Source: Octopus sinensis | Lineage: Eukaryota | Direction of reading: 5' to 3' | Length of the DNA: 64,000 bases | Assembly: GCF_006345805.1 (NCBI RefSeq) | Contig: NC_043005.1 | Coordinates: 22,754,001 to 22,818,000 of the forward strand | Part shown: piece after piece, positions 1-12,993 of the stretch | Numbering within the stretch: position 1 is the first letter of the stretch | How the letters are laid out: every line of letters begins with the position of its first letter | Program-made: the position numbers and the translations under genes | Notes under the pieces: model-generated | Told to the model about the DNA's origin: nothing | The model's input: only the letters and a program-made list of their open reading frames with translations | The model's database searches: none

Positions 1-1939
1 GCTATTCAATAATACAGGGAAACAACAGACTCAGTTCACTGGACACCATATGAGAAAAAAAAGTTTTGAGCACTTGGTGATGATTTGGAAACTGAAAGAA
101 ATAAATCAGAGAAGCCAAAAGGACTTGAAAGCCTGGCCCAATAATGTGCTAGAAAGACTACCGCAATAATATACTGTGTGTTAGACATAGGTGGCAAAGA
201 AGTCCAAGACTGTTAGAAGAAAGAGATTTAACCAAGTGTTTCTGGAAGGGACTTAAGGAATGAGTTTCAGCAATGCCTAATCAATTCTTAAAAGCATGGT
301 TTCCACAAGTGTGAAAATATTTAATATAATGAAAAAATTATCATGAAGATATATAAGTATTTAAACTGAAATAGAAATAAAACATTTGTAAAATGTAGAA
401 TTTTCATAGCTGCTGCATCACATCATATATATGGATATAGTAATATAATAACATAACATTGTAATAATTTAACATATAGCATAATAACAACATAATAATC
501 ACATAATAATATAACAGCATAACGTATAGTAAAAACAGAGCAACTTATTAACAAAATTATAACAATATAAGATAATAATATAGTATAGTTGCTGTATAAT
601 TAGTACTTACAAATTAAACTCTACAGTTTATATTTAGCTCATTGGTTTCTGTGTACTTCTGATTGAATCTTGAAAGTTAGACAGGAGAGGAATAATCAAC
701 AGATAGTGCCTTACTATCTTTATTGTTAGCTCCAAGTTGTCCCTGATCTGGCAGACAGACCTACGATTCCATAAATGTCCTTAACAGTGGTAAATGATAT
801 ATTGTTAAATACAGTGGGGGAGTTTGCAACAGGAATGAATGCTCTTCAAGTTCACAAATCTGAAGATATCAATGAGATAGTAATTGTTCTCTGCTTCTAG
901 GTTTTTACTTATTAAAAACTGCTATCTCACAAATGTTCTCTTCCTAGGTATTCTAACACTACAATTCTTGATCACTTCTTTCTGAAAGATAAACCGTAAG
1001 TCATTAATTTATTGACAGAGATAAAATTCATTGAAAATGCTATGCATAGTTAATGTATTATGTATTAGCAGTAGATGTTGATTCAGAAAATTGTGGAAAG
1101 CAAGCAACCAGGTAGACTGATTAAAACAGAACCTGTTGCATTTATTGCTTACGTAATTTCAATGGTTTTCAATTTCCCCCAATTTTCTGAATGACACTAT
1201 GCACTGAATAAAATATATCGCAGCTATGAAATAAATATGTATGTAAATGTATTTTACCTGACACAGCTGGCCATTTATTGTAGATGGCAACTTTTATTGT
1301 AATTACCAGTTAGTTTTGTTTAATCAACTGTAAATAATTTTTAGTAACTGATCATGCAAGGGGCAATATTCTCCAACCCACGTAATTTCTTCTACAAAAT
1401 GTGAAATTATTCCTAAACATGCAAACACATTGTGATACCTATTTCAACAGCCCAGAATAATGCAATACACCTATGGCCAAACTACATAATCCTATAAATA
1501 CTATCTCCCCTTACTCAGTCCAGGTTAAAAAAATATGCACAGACATCTCAGAAGTAATTAGGCACCACACATTATAAAATTTTAACAGTGTGGATGTTAC
1601 TCATATGTACAATGCCCAAACTACTCATATAATATTAAAAAAACTGCACAAATCATGTCTACCAAATACTAGATTAAGTATTTAAACGCATCAAATGATA
1701 CTAGTTTGCTTTGAAAAATAAATCTTTTAAACATGATAGTGTCTATTTACTTTAGAAATGTCTATGTATATACAAAACTATGAGAAAGTAACACATTAAT
1801 AGATTTACAATCTACCAACTAAAAATATCGACCATCTCACATCAGAATTTAAACAACACTGTATACTATAAGTCTTGAAAACTTACAGTTTATTTTAACT
1901 TAAACTCTTTATAGCAAAAAGGATTTGAACCTTTTCTTT

Positions 1940-2390
1940 CAAGATCTGTGTATATACAGATGTTTGTGTACATACAGTGAGAAACAGCAACTATCATACT
2001 CTCACCAAGCCTGTAGTGCTCACCTCAACTGCAGGAATACTCAGAATCTTCCACCTTCATGTCACCTTTTGTATGGGTGGAATTTTGCCTTGTCTGTGGC
2101 TTGCAACAAGTTGTTCTATAAGAACTTCCAGTTTTCCTCTATGTCTCCATCTCATCCTCAATTTTTGCGAAATGTTCCAACTATTGTTTCTCTGAATTTT
2201 TGCCTATTCAACAGTTCTTCAGTTTTGTATATCTTTCTTCTCCAACCTGTCTTCTGTCTCTGAGTTGACACAGCTCTTACTCTGAAGTCACTAGTTACTA
2301 AGCCATCTCCAGAGAAAGACTTAGCATTCACAACTATTAGACTCTTCCATTTCCCCATGAGTATGAAATCTTGTGTGTTCACCTGATTGT
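1940..2390 (-). mobile_element. Degenerate RTE-like LINE fragment (endonuclease-RT linker)
   Basis: ORF 2158-2463 contains LVTSDFRVRA...RRKIYK...QKFRE, resembling the post-endonuclease region of the RTE family also seen at 9170 and 30725. Confidence 0.5.
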
Positions 2391-2749
2391 AGAAAATCAA
2401 ATGATTTTGGTTGGTTTGTAAGTTGCAAATTATCAAATCATTAAAGATGGATTTATTATACACAAATGTGTAATGTCATCCTCCTCCAAGGTAAAAACGT
2501 CATGCTCAAATACACTATACCCAGCAATTTTCTCTTTTTATATTTTGTGCATGCGAGTGTGATAATGTTTACGTACAGCATTTTTCTTTCCACATTTAAC
2601 TTTTAAATTTATGATATTAAAAAAATTTAATGTGAAAAAGCTTCCAATTAAGCCAGTGTAACATGTTTTAAATTGAATGAATGAATTAAACAAAGTGATT
2701 ATAATAATGATTTTCACTATTGATACAAGTGAAACAATAACAGATCTCC

Positions 2750-3130
2750 ATTACCAGGCATGACTATATGGTAAAAAAGATTGCTTCATTCTCAAGTAGT
2801 TTCAGGTTCAATTCCACTGCACAGAACTTTTGGTAAATTTTAGCCTCAATGCTTTGTGAGTGTAATTTGGTCAATTAGACATCTCATCAAGCTCACCATG
2901 CGTGTATACATGTATCTTTGTGTATTTGTGTTTGTGTGAGTGTTTGTCACAGCACCAGTTATCAGAACCAGAGTTGTATAAAAAAGAGTGTAACTTAGTG
3001 AATGATTCAACAAATCTATATCAGTGTCATACCTCAGACTAAAATAAGTACCTATGTCCATGATATCCACTAAAATCCTTCCAATTGGTACCTCAGCCTG
3101 GTCACAATCTAATTACTGAAGCCAGTAAAA
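2750..3130 (+). mobile_element. Degenerate tRNA-headed SINE
   Basis: ggcatgact...ggtaa A-box-like and ggttcaattcc B-box-like motifs. The body resembles 13770-14150. Confidence 0.5.
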
Positions 3131-3775
3131 GAATAAAATAATATCCTGTAACTATACCAACTTAAGAGAATGATTTAAAGAGTATACACCGATATTAACT
3201 TTACTAACTCAGAAGGAATACTTTCTCCTTAGCCAATATTTCTTCCAACAAAATAGTAGGGAAATATCTGAAAAGAATCCAATCAAAACACAAAAGCAAC
3301 ATTTGGAAAACCAACATGTGGGAAATTGTATTTCACATAATGACAAAACACAAAACCATTCAAGTTCAATGATAAGATTGTACAAACATGTTTGGGATGA
3401 CAAACACTGATCCTAGACAGAATAACCATACTAAAAACCTAGTATGATGTATCAATTCAGCTTTATAACATCTTATTTAGAGGTTTACTCCTATGCAAAC
3501 CAGAAGCAAGAAATTTCTACCACATGTCTGCTCAAAAGGTAGAAAGCAGCATCTGACAACAAAACTAAGCCATACAAAAACAAAACTGAAGATATTAGTG
3601 ACAATATTGCTGACTGCAGAGAATTTCTTTGAGATATCATTTCATAAGATATGATGTGGTAGACAGCAACTTTTAGTATATCAAAAAAAAAAAACAGCCA
3701 AACATATTGAAACAGATGACTCAAAAGAACATTGGTGGAACAGAAAAATAATATTTACATTAGTTACACCGTTTT

Positions 3776-3953
3776 CATTATTTATATTTGACGAATATTT
3801 GTCCTCACTTTGTTTGTTAACACAATGTTTTGGCTAATATACACCCTCCAGCCTTCACCAGGTGTCCTGATGAAGGCCTGAGGGTATATCAGCTGAAATG
3901 TTGTGTTAACCACAAACAAGATGAGAACAAAAATCTGTCACATGTAAATAATG
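3776..3953. mobile_element. Palindromic (foldback) mini-element with hammerhead-core-like motifs
   Basis: Imperfect ~180-bp palindrome centred near 3864. CTGATGA at 3867 and GAAA at 3895. One arm recurs at ~24255-24320. Confidence 0.65.
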
Positions 3954-4030
3954 TACATAACTGCTCATCTCTTAAATATAGAACTGTATTAGAAAAATAA
4001 TATAAACAACTAAATTAAAACACAACTTAC

Positions 4031-4116
4031 CTGGTGTTGTATATGATAATAAAATAGAAACATGCTATTGTGGAAATCATTTCCCGACATGTGTTAATGT
4101 GCTAAAAATAAAAGAC
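4031..4116 (-). other. Candidate further spliced exon downstream of copy B (non-coding or short terminal frame VFYF*)
   Basis: Perfect CAG|gtaagt donor at 4031/4030. Possible acceptors gtgcag (exon start 4116) or tatttttag (4101). No long open frame. Confidence 0.3.
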
Positions 4117-4229
4117 CTGCACACCAAATACACTTTCAAGTAATAGCAAAGTTGGACATTTTACTGTAGGTTTTAATCATGAATAGCAATGACGTATTCC
4201 AGGGAAAGAGACCAAATATTCAGAATTAG

Positions 4230-5260
4230 AATTCCATTAAGAGTCTAGGGTAATATTTGTGATTTTGAAAGATTTTACAAGATTCATGTATTCTCAAAGT
4301 GTTGACATTCGGATATGGGCTGTACCCATCATCATTATCATTTTTTAACATCCATTTCCCATTCTGCCTTGGGGGCAATTTTTTGTAGTTCTGACACTTT
4401 GCAATTTCCTGGTATTTAACCATATTATTTGAGAATACTATCTGGTAACATACCTAAAGCTCCATTTATCACAGATACACTTGTCATTCTTAGATGCCAC
4501 ATTTTTGAAATCTCTATTTCAAGGTTCTTGTATTTAGCTAACTTTTCAAATTATTTTCACACAGGTGTTGTAGTCTGCTGAGTTTGATGTATCTCTGAGC
4601 ATAAATTCTGTCAATGTGATTTTTCACCACAATATCTGTTCTTCTCATATGGGAGTCCAAATTGGTGATAAATAGTCCAGTGCAAATACTAACCAAGTCT
4701 ATTATGGTGATTAGTATACTCAGTTGTGGCTAACATAAGACAACCAGAGATTAGATGATCAGTTATTTGTCTGTTCATACCCCAGAGGTGGTAGGAAGGA
4801 TCAGCACTCTTTTCACAAATCTTGGTTTGGTAATTTCTAGTTGACAGATCTTGAGTTGCTATGATGAAGCCCTCTTTTTCTGATTTACATTCAGATGCAG
4901 ACAGACACTAATGGGTAATATTTATATCAATATCAGAATCACTGACCCTTGTAGAGTATTTACCATGTAGTACCTTCATTTTCCATCTATTATGCAACTC
5001 CAAAATATCATTTGATTTATATATTTCTTTGTGTCTTCTGATATTGTGTGTATTTTCTTCGTACTTTCATGCTTGCAGATTAGTTAAAGCATTCACTCAC
5101 TAGTGTCTTTTAGATAAATGTCTAACTCATGGTTGCTGTCTTTGACACAATTGCAGTCCACATCCTCTATCTTTTCAAGGGATATATACTTTGTCTTCAT
5201 CTACCTTTGGGTGATGTGTGTAAAGCATTGCAAGAAAATTGCATATATTTGTGATAATCT
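4230..5260 (-). mobile_element. Highly degenerate RLE-type (R4/Dong-like) LINE remnant
   Basis: Minus-strand remnants such as AIQDLSTRNYQ and DHLISGC, typical of the zinc-knuckle/REL region. Many stops. Confidence 0.45.
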
Positions 5261-5988
5261 TCATCATCATTGTTATCATCGTTATCATTGCTGTACTCTA
5301 GAAGACCCACCCACCACAACAGAATTGAGATTCTAAAACCAAAGTGCCACATAAAAGCACTAGTGTGAGTGCTAGTGCCACATAGATAGCACTGGTGTTG
5401 GTGCCACATAAAAAGCGTGGGTGATGGTATCACATACAAAGCACCCAGTACACTCTGTAAAGTGGTTGGCATTAGGAAGGGTATCCAACCATAGAAATCA
5501 AACTAAAACAGACTATGGAACCTGGTGTGACCTCTAGCCTTGCCAGTTCCTGTCAAGCAGTCCAACCCATGCCTGTGTGAAAAACAGATATTAAATATTG
5601 ACGATGATGATATACACACACATGAAGATGATACATGCATGCATGCATGGACACACACACGCACATACCTACATACATACAACAAAAATACGAATGGATA
5701 AAATTATATCTTTAATTTGTGGCTCCACCATACGATGCCAACAATCATTTCTGGTGTAACATCATATTTAGATACAGAAAATATCAGTCAAATTAATATA
5801 TCCAAAATACATGTTAATACATTATCAAGGCAATCCAAAATTGGTTAAATTGAAAGCAAACTAAAAAAATATCTTTAGTAGACAAAGGCATACAAAAAGA
5901 ACATTTTCCACAATTGTATCACTTTGTACTCTTTTAACACTGAGTGCTTTACTGATATCTGCCTTGATGTTTTTTAATCTCTTTTTCT

Positions 5989-6020
<32 letters not shown>

Positions 6021-7229
6021 GCATTCATACACAAGCAATATCCATTTTATGCACAACACATTAGAACTGAAATGATTTTGATTATTAGAAAGCCTTACAA
6101 TGGGCAGTAATAAGAGTATAAATACATTCTTTGTATTAATCTGATGAATAGAAATGTTTATTGGCTGCTCTCAGAAAAAAATATATCTGACTTCCTTAGG
6201 CACAGAAAATTATATCAGTCAAATACCAAAATATTAGCCACTTTCTGAATCTTAATTCAAAATTCATACATTAAATTCACATGTATAATAAATTGGAAAT
6301 TATTTTACTTTTTGTATTTAATAATTTATTATCTGTAGTTTTAGTCCGGGTGTGTAGTTTTTACGTTGCCCATCTGAATTGATATAATGTGAATGATTAT
6401 GACTTTATGACCTAATTTCAAATTTAGATTGTTCATTCTTGATTTCTTTCATCAATTAAGGATTAGTTAATGTTTGTTCTTAAGTTGCACTATCTTTGAA
6501 AATTCATTTCATCATTGTCATCATCATCATCATCATCATCATTTAATATCTGTCGGCATGGTTGGATGATTCAACAGGCTCCAAGAAGCCAGAGGACAAC
6601 ATGTATTTTGGTTTCTTATATAGTTTCAGTAATCAGTTTTCTAGTTTTATCTGGAACGGGGGTGGATTGATTCTATATGAAACGGTTGTATTTGCCAATT
6701 AACATATTTTTATTTAGTTTTTGTTTCTTTGAAGCACAATATGTTACAGATGCACATTTAAAAGATCAATATAAAATATGTCATGAAATTTAAAGCTATT
6801 GTTTGTATACATATTTGAAGTTTATTCTTCAGCTGATAGAATAATTCAGTTGTTAAGGAGTTTTTTTTCAATAAATGTTTTAATGTGATATATTATTAGT
6901 GTTAGTTATGAATAGATTTAATGTATGATATGTTCAAATTTATGATGAAACTAAGCATCAGTTGAATCAAATTTATTTGTTTGGAAAGGCTTACAAAAGT
7001 GATAGATCTCTCTCATTCTCAAATTAATTATAAACTAGTTAACTTGTCTATAGATCCTTAACCAAATTTCCAAGAAATTATGTCATCTTTAAAAAAAATG
7101 AAGAACACATTGTATAATGCTAGATATATTATATCTGGGATAAAGACAAGAGGATGTGCTTCGAGGTCTTTTAACCAGAGGTCTACTGGTCAGAGAAGAT
7201 CTAAAAAGATATAATAACAATAAAAAGTG

Positions 7230-7500
7230 AAGAGCTATGATGAAATGAAGTGGGAAATACACAGGTCATGGGCAATAAAGAAAGTGAACATGCTACCAAT
7301 AGTAATTGGTACACTTGGAAGTATCAGTACCCAACCACCAACATGACTCAAAAAGATTGGAAGACTTCTAAAGATAGAAGACTTACAAAAATCATCATTA
7401 CTTGGAACCACAAGATGTACTCTATAGGCTTCTTGGAGCATGATCAGTAAATAGGTGTCACTTTAGTCTGCTGGCTGTGGACAGCTGACACTTTCCATCT
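7230..7500 (+). mobile_element. 3' end of an RLE-type LINE
   Basis: LPIVIGTLGSI...LQKSSLLGT, the conserved C-terminus of R4/Dong-like REL domains. Confidence 0.55.
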
Positions 7501-9165
7501 GTTGTGACATGGATTTGTATGTATGTCACTTTAGTGTCATGCACTAATAACAGTGTGGTATATAATACCATAAGAACAGGATAGACACCAGCTGTTTCCA
7601 CTTGATGTATTCCCAAATATTCTGCCAACAAATGTAACCAGTCTAAAACAACTCTCCCAAACTATAATAACTTCTCAACAATTTCCTGTGATTCCATGAA
7701 CTCATGAACAACACCTTTCAACTTCCAGCCATATTTTATCTCTCTCTCAGTCAAACACACTGCTACTTATACGAGTTCAGCTAGTCCATTCTAACAGGGA
7801 GTGTCATGATTCTCATTAAAACATCTCCCCTTTTGAGATTTGACTTCTGTTGGAAGTGCAATTTGTTTATTTAATTTTATTCTATTTTTTTTTCATCATC
7901 ACCTCTCCCTTTTTTGAGATTTTATTTCCCTCAGAAGTTTTAATATGTCTTTCACTTAGGGACTATATCTAGTTGTTCTGTTTGTTTACGTTTTCTATTA
8001 CTGATCCACCTAGGTTCAACCTCTTTCAGCATTGGAACATTGAACAAATCATAAAAAACTTCCATTGATATTTCTTCTTTCTTCAACTGGTTCAAATGTC
8101 ATTTGTGCTCTCCTTTTTGACCTTTTATTATGTACATTATACAGCTTTTTTTTTTCATCACTGTACTATCCTCCCAACCTTGTGTTCATGTTAGGTGTTA
8201 ACCTGTAAACCTTAAGAATTGGGTTAATGCTGCATCATTGCCTAATTCATTTCCTGATATTTATAGTGCTCACTTAAAAGTGTCTATAGACCTTTCTGCT
8301 TGTCTATTTGATCTCAGTGGTTACAGTGGAGTAGAGATATGATTTATTGCATGCATCTCATAGAAAATTTTTAATTCATGTCCCCAAAACTGCATTCCGT
8401 TATCTGATACTATGGTGTCTAGGACACTGTATTGCACAAAAAGCTCATGAAGGAACCTTATTGTTACCATCGAAGTTGACTGCCTGCATTTACAAATCTT
8501 CAGCCAATTGGTATAGCTGTCTACTATGATCAGATAATATGTGCCATTTACCAGTCCAGCAAAATCTATACATAGCCTAGACCATGGACTGTCTGTCAGA
8601 GGCCACAATTGGAATTTCACCAGTGGTGACTTTGCTGTGAGAGCACAACCTCTGCAGGATTTCACCTATTGTTCAATATGGTCCATAGTAGGCCAATACA
8701 CATAACTCCTCATTGCTGATATCATTCTTGAAATCCCTGGATATCCCATATGAAATTCACTTAATATATGCTTTTGTAGTGTGGTTGGCACTGCAACTCT
8801 TTGTACGTACATCAATACATTATCACATAGAGAAAAATGGTTTGCATTTCTGTTATGTGTATTTATATTTTCTTTTACCTTCAATGTTTCTTTCATCTTT
8901 GCAATGAATTTGTCATTCTTTGATTTTAATTTTATATCTTGAACAGTTACTGGCATCTCAAATGATGTTACACAAAATGTTTTTTATTTTTATTTTTCTG
9001 CTTGTAATGGGGCTATCACCGTACCTTTTAATAATACCTTCCAATTTTGGAATTAGCCTTGATAAACAATCTGCATGGCCAAACCTCTTAGATGGTATAT
9101 ACTCCATCTTAGAGTCATTGTTCAACAATATTGTACTCCAGTAAGTATTTGCTGTATGAGTAGGA
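7500..9165 (-). mobile_element. Gypsy (Mag/K02A2.6-like) LTR retrotransposon remnant: integrase, PPT and probable 3' LTR (~7500-7822)
   Basis: HHCC remnant (HMGYPGISRM...YVYWP...CRGC) and core PWSRLCIDFAG...IVSDNGMQF. Minus-strand polypurine tract aaaaggggaga immediately before TGT at ~7822. Confidence 0.8.
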
Positions 9166-9167
9166 AT

Positions 9168-9830
9168 TCAGGTTACAAGTAGAGGTCCATCAAGGATCAG
9201 TCCTCAGACCCCTCTTGTTTGTCATAGTCCTCCAAGCAATAACAGACGTATTTAAGACAGACTGCTCCTAGGAGCTCCTCTATGCTGATGACCTTGTTCT
9301 TATAACCGAATCGCTATCAGAACTAAAGAAGAAGTTTCAGCTATGGAAGCAAGGTCTAGAATGGAATGACTTTAGAGTTAACCTAGCAAAAACCAAAGTT
9401 GCGGTAAGTAGGAAGGTAGATAAATCACAAATCCCTTCTGTAGAAAAGGTGTCAGTAGAAACTCTATAAGATGTACCCAGTGTAAGCTATGGACACATAA
9501 GAGATACAGGAATATTAGAGGAAGGTTAACAGAGAAAATAGTTATTGTGTGTGGATGATGCACAGGTACTATAAACGTCAAAATGTACAGAAAATAGACT
9601 CCATCAACTGCCAGTGGGGTAAGCTAGAAGTAGTAGATAGCTTCCGTTATCAAGGTAACCAAGTTAGTAGTGGACATGGATGCTCCAAGAGTGTATCTGT
9701 GACAATAGGATTAGGCTGAGAGTTCCTACCTCTGCTGGCAACAAAGGGCCTCTCCCTCAGAATGAAAGGCAGATTGTATGATGACTGTATATGAACAGCT
9801 ATGCTCTGTGGCACATCCAACAGGTTATAG
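9168..9830 (+). mobile_element. Degenerate RTE-like LINE RT fragment
   Basis: VHQGSVLRPLLFVIVLQAI...ELLYADDLVLI...LRVNLAKTK motifs with stops. Confidence 0.75.
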
Positions 9831-9885
9831 TAATAAGAAAAAGAAATGAGAAATTAAATGCCTGTATTATTAAACCAATACTCAC

Positions 9886-9979
9886 AGCAGAAAAACACCC
9901 GATGGCCATGTAAATTGTACACCACTGGAAGCCAACACTGTCCATAAGAAATCCACTTAAAGATGGTCCAACGAATTCA
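9886..9979 (-). pseudogene. SLC18B1-like copy B, 94-nt exon (EFVGPSLSGFLMDSVGFQWCTIYMAIGCFSA)
   Basis: Acceptor ttctttcag and donor gtgagt. Matches SLC18B1 AFMGPTLGGFLYEKIGFEW. Confidence 0.88.
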
Positions 9980-10889
9980 CTGAAAGAACACAATTACTAA
10001 TAGGTGAGAATTATGTATGCAGGCCAATTCAAAATGAATCTCTTCCATATAATCATGTAAACCAATACTACTAGCTTTATTGTGAAGCAGTCAGCAAGTA
10101 AACCAACAATAGCCAAAGAGTCTCACTTAGGTATGTGAATGACAGAGGGAGAATATTAGTTCGATGGCAAATATCATTTACCCTATTTTGACAAGTATGG
10201 AGACAACTTCTGACATATTTCAATCTTATTAAACCTCTTCAGGAAAGTATAGTCCTCAGTGAACTTGCAAAAGTAGTAGTGAGGGACCAACATCATCATC
10301 ATCATCATCATTTAACATCCCCTTTTCTATGCTTGCATCAGTCAGATGAAATTTGTTGAAGCAGAGTTTCTACAGTTAGATGCCTTCCTGTCACCAACTC
10401 TCACCTGTTTCCAAGCAAAATCATATTTCCCTTTTGCCAGACATATTTGTTATGCAAGACCAGAAATGAACAGCACCAGTCATACGACAGTGATGCAGGT
10501 TAATAATCAGCACATGATATCAAGACAAGGTTACACACATACACACACACTGCATATATGTATACACAGCTGATTTTTTTCTGATGTGTGCTCCAATATC
10601 TGCTTTGGCATGGTTTCTATGGCTGAATGCCCATCCTAACACTAACCACTTTACAGCATACACTGGTTGCTTTTTTGTGCCACTAGCATTAATGAAGTTG
10701 CCATGCAGTTCGCAGGGCTATGAACCCTGGGAGAGAAGAGGTATCAGCTTCATGCTAGGGGACAAGGGAGTTACTATGAGAGTGCGGTAGAGCAGGATCC
10801 TGCAGAGGGATCTTCTTTTTCTACCTTCAGTGTTTCTGTTCATGGTTTACGCTGGTTGTATATTTACTACAATGATACTGATCAAACCG

Positions 10890-11135
10890 TGTAGGCACGT
10901 GGTTTAGTGGTTAGGGTGTCAGCATCATAATCGTAAGGTTGTGGTTTCAATTCCTGGACCGGGTGATGTGTTGTGTTCTTGAGCAAGACACTTCATTTCA
11001 TGTTGCTCCAGTCCACTCAGCTGGCAAAAATAAATAACGTTGCGATGGACTGGCATCCCATCCAGCTGGGGAACACATACGCCACTGAAACCAGGAAACC
11101 GAGCCCATGAGCCTGGCTAGGCTTTAAAAGGGTGC
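10890..11135 (+). mobile_element. tRNA-derived SINE
   Basis: A box gtggtttagtgg, B box ggtttcaattcc, and central core ttgagcaagacactt...gctccagtccactcagctg. Confidence 0.8.
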
Positions 11136-11143
11136 ATTTATTT

Positions 11144-11445
11144 TGTGGAGGCACATGGCCTAGTGGTTAGAGTTGCGGACTTGTGGTTGAGGGATTACAG
11201 GTTCGAATCTCAGACTGGACGATGTGTGTGTTTATGAGCGAAACACCTAAGCTCCATGCGGCTCTGGCAGAAGGTAATGGCAAAACTTCTGCTGACTCTT
11301 TCGCCACAACTTTCTCTCACTCTTTCTTCCTGCATCTTGCAGCTCATCTGCAATGGGCTGGCGTCCCATCCAGGTGGGGAACCTATACGCCAAGAAACCG
11401 GGAAACCGGCCCTTATGAGCCAGGCATGGCTCGAAAAGGAACAAA
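11144..11445 (+). mobile_element. tRNA-derived SINE (5' half related to 36155-36450)
   Basis: A box tggcctagtgg and B box ggttcgaatc. The 3' part resembles the 10890 SINE. Confidence 0.8.
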
Positions 11446-11584
11446 CAACTGATCAAACCACAATTTACTGATACTTAATTTTCTTTTATACCATATCACA
11501 TCAGATTCTTCTTTTATGGAAAAACATATCATAGCAGTGAAATCAATGTCAATATATATAAAAATAAAATAATAAATGTACCAT

Positions 11585-11822
11585 TTTAAAACCTAGCCAG
11601 GCTCATGGGCCCAGTTTCCCGGTTCTATGGTGTATGTGTTCCCCAGCTGGATGGGACACCAGTCCATTGCAGCATTACTCATTTGCCAGTTGAGTGGACT
11701 GGAGCAATGTGAAATGAAGTGTTTTGCTCAAAAACACAACATGTCGCCTGGTCCAGGAATTGAAACCACAATCTTATGATCATGATGCTGACACCCTATC
11801 CACTAAGCCATGCACCTCCACC
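11585..11822 (-). mobile_element. tRNA-derived SINE, inverted copy of the 10890 family
   Basis: Reverse complement aligns along the length of 10890-11130. Confidence 0.8.
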
Positions 11823-11898
11823 AATACATACAAACTATAATTAAATATGGAATAACATAACAGATCAATATGGTAAATGAATCAATCCAACAACCTAC

Positions 11899-11973
11899 CC
11901 GAATGCATACATTGATCCCCAAATACCAGATACTAATCCATATGTACTGGAACATTTTTGTAGTCCTGCTTCT
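11899..11973 (-). pseudogene. SLC18B1-like copy B, 75-nt exon (EAGLQKCSSTYGLVSGIWGSMYAFG)
   Basis: Acceptor ttgttatag and donor gtaggt. Close match to the SLC18B1 motif STLGLVSGLFSAMWSIG. Confidence 0.88.
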
Positions 11974-12566
11974 CTATAACAAAGGAAAGAAATATTATGA
12001 CATCGTTAATGTATTATTATGATAGGATTATTCAAAGAATATGTGAACATAGCTACAACATAATGAGTCCCATAATCTAATTGAGTGTTGGGGCCCTTTT
12101 GAAGATTTCATCATCATATAAATATATCTAGGATAAGTCAGCTTTGTTAACATGAGCCCTGCTCCAAAGAAGTTAAACTCAGCACAACAAAATAATAAAA
12201 GAACAGTAAATCTTGATGTTGTTGTTGCTGATAGTATACAATAGTATAATATGCCTTACAGTTTACAGTTAGGTGTACTGAACCAATGAGAATGAATGAA
12301 AAGACAAGAAAAATTCTTTGCACCTGGTTGTCTCATGCCATAGTGACTCATCTACTGAAATAAAAAATTTTAAATGGAGTGTAGCCAACATCTGGCAATA
12401 ATAACTGTTAATTCTTCTATAATACATGTCTTCCTTTATATATTTAGTTAAATTTTTGCATGAATATAAAAACTTTGCAAATGAGAGGTGCTAATTGTCT
12501 TACCAATGATAATTAATATGTGAAATTAACTTGCTATAATCTCTGATTTAAAATTACTACCATTAA

Positions 12567-12747
12567 CCCTTCAAGGTCATATCAGACCCAAATATTCTAC
12601 CTGTTTTATGTTCAAACTGAGCAGCTCAGGCTTCTCACACCTACCCTGCAATGTCATTCTAAAAGCTACAAGATGATGTATGATAAACTCAAAACAGCAT
12701 GAATAAATGAGGATTACATTTGACAAAGTAACCTGAATGCTAAAGGG
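12567..12747. mobile_element. piggyBac-type MITE
   Basis: TTAA|CCCTT ... AAGGG|TTAA termini, with TTAA target duplication. Confidence 0.65.
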
Positions 12748-12897
12748 TTAAACTTCTTATGTAGCTCACTATTGCCAGTATTCTTTCCAAACCACTTAGG
12801 AAAATCAAATTTGTAAAATAAAAATATCTCTTAGCCAAGGAATTTAGGGATAAAAACCAAAGGAATCTATGGACAGAAATAAATGATAACTACTTAC

Positions 12898-12993
12898 ATT
12901 TCAAGTTCTAGAAGCATGTCATATGTTGGTAGAACTGTGAGACTTACAAATATACCAAGTAATGCAAGGCATATGATATTTTACCACAAAAGA
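12898..12993 (-). pseudogene. SLC18B1-like copy B, 96-nt exon with in-frame TAA (LLW*NIICLALLGIFVSLTVLPTYDMLLELE)
   Basis: Strong acceptor tctttcttttcag and donor gtaagt. Phase 2-2. The LPTY motif matches SLC18B1 IPTF. The fourth full codon is TAA where copy A has TTG (Leu). Confidence 0.8.

Noticed and set aside
611-668. Minus-strand gtaagt donor with an upstream aag acceptor
   Set aside because: Stops in all three frames and a weak acceptor. Insufficient support.
2158-2463. Minus ORF with an acceptor-like site at ~2383, as a possible last exon of copy B
   Set aside because: The sequence matches the RTE LINE linker and lacks the hydrophobic start expected after TM12.
10890-11220. tRNA-like A/B boxes (also 36155, 49960, 50640-50720)
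   Set aside because: No complete cloverleaf. They continue into SINE bodies.
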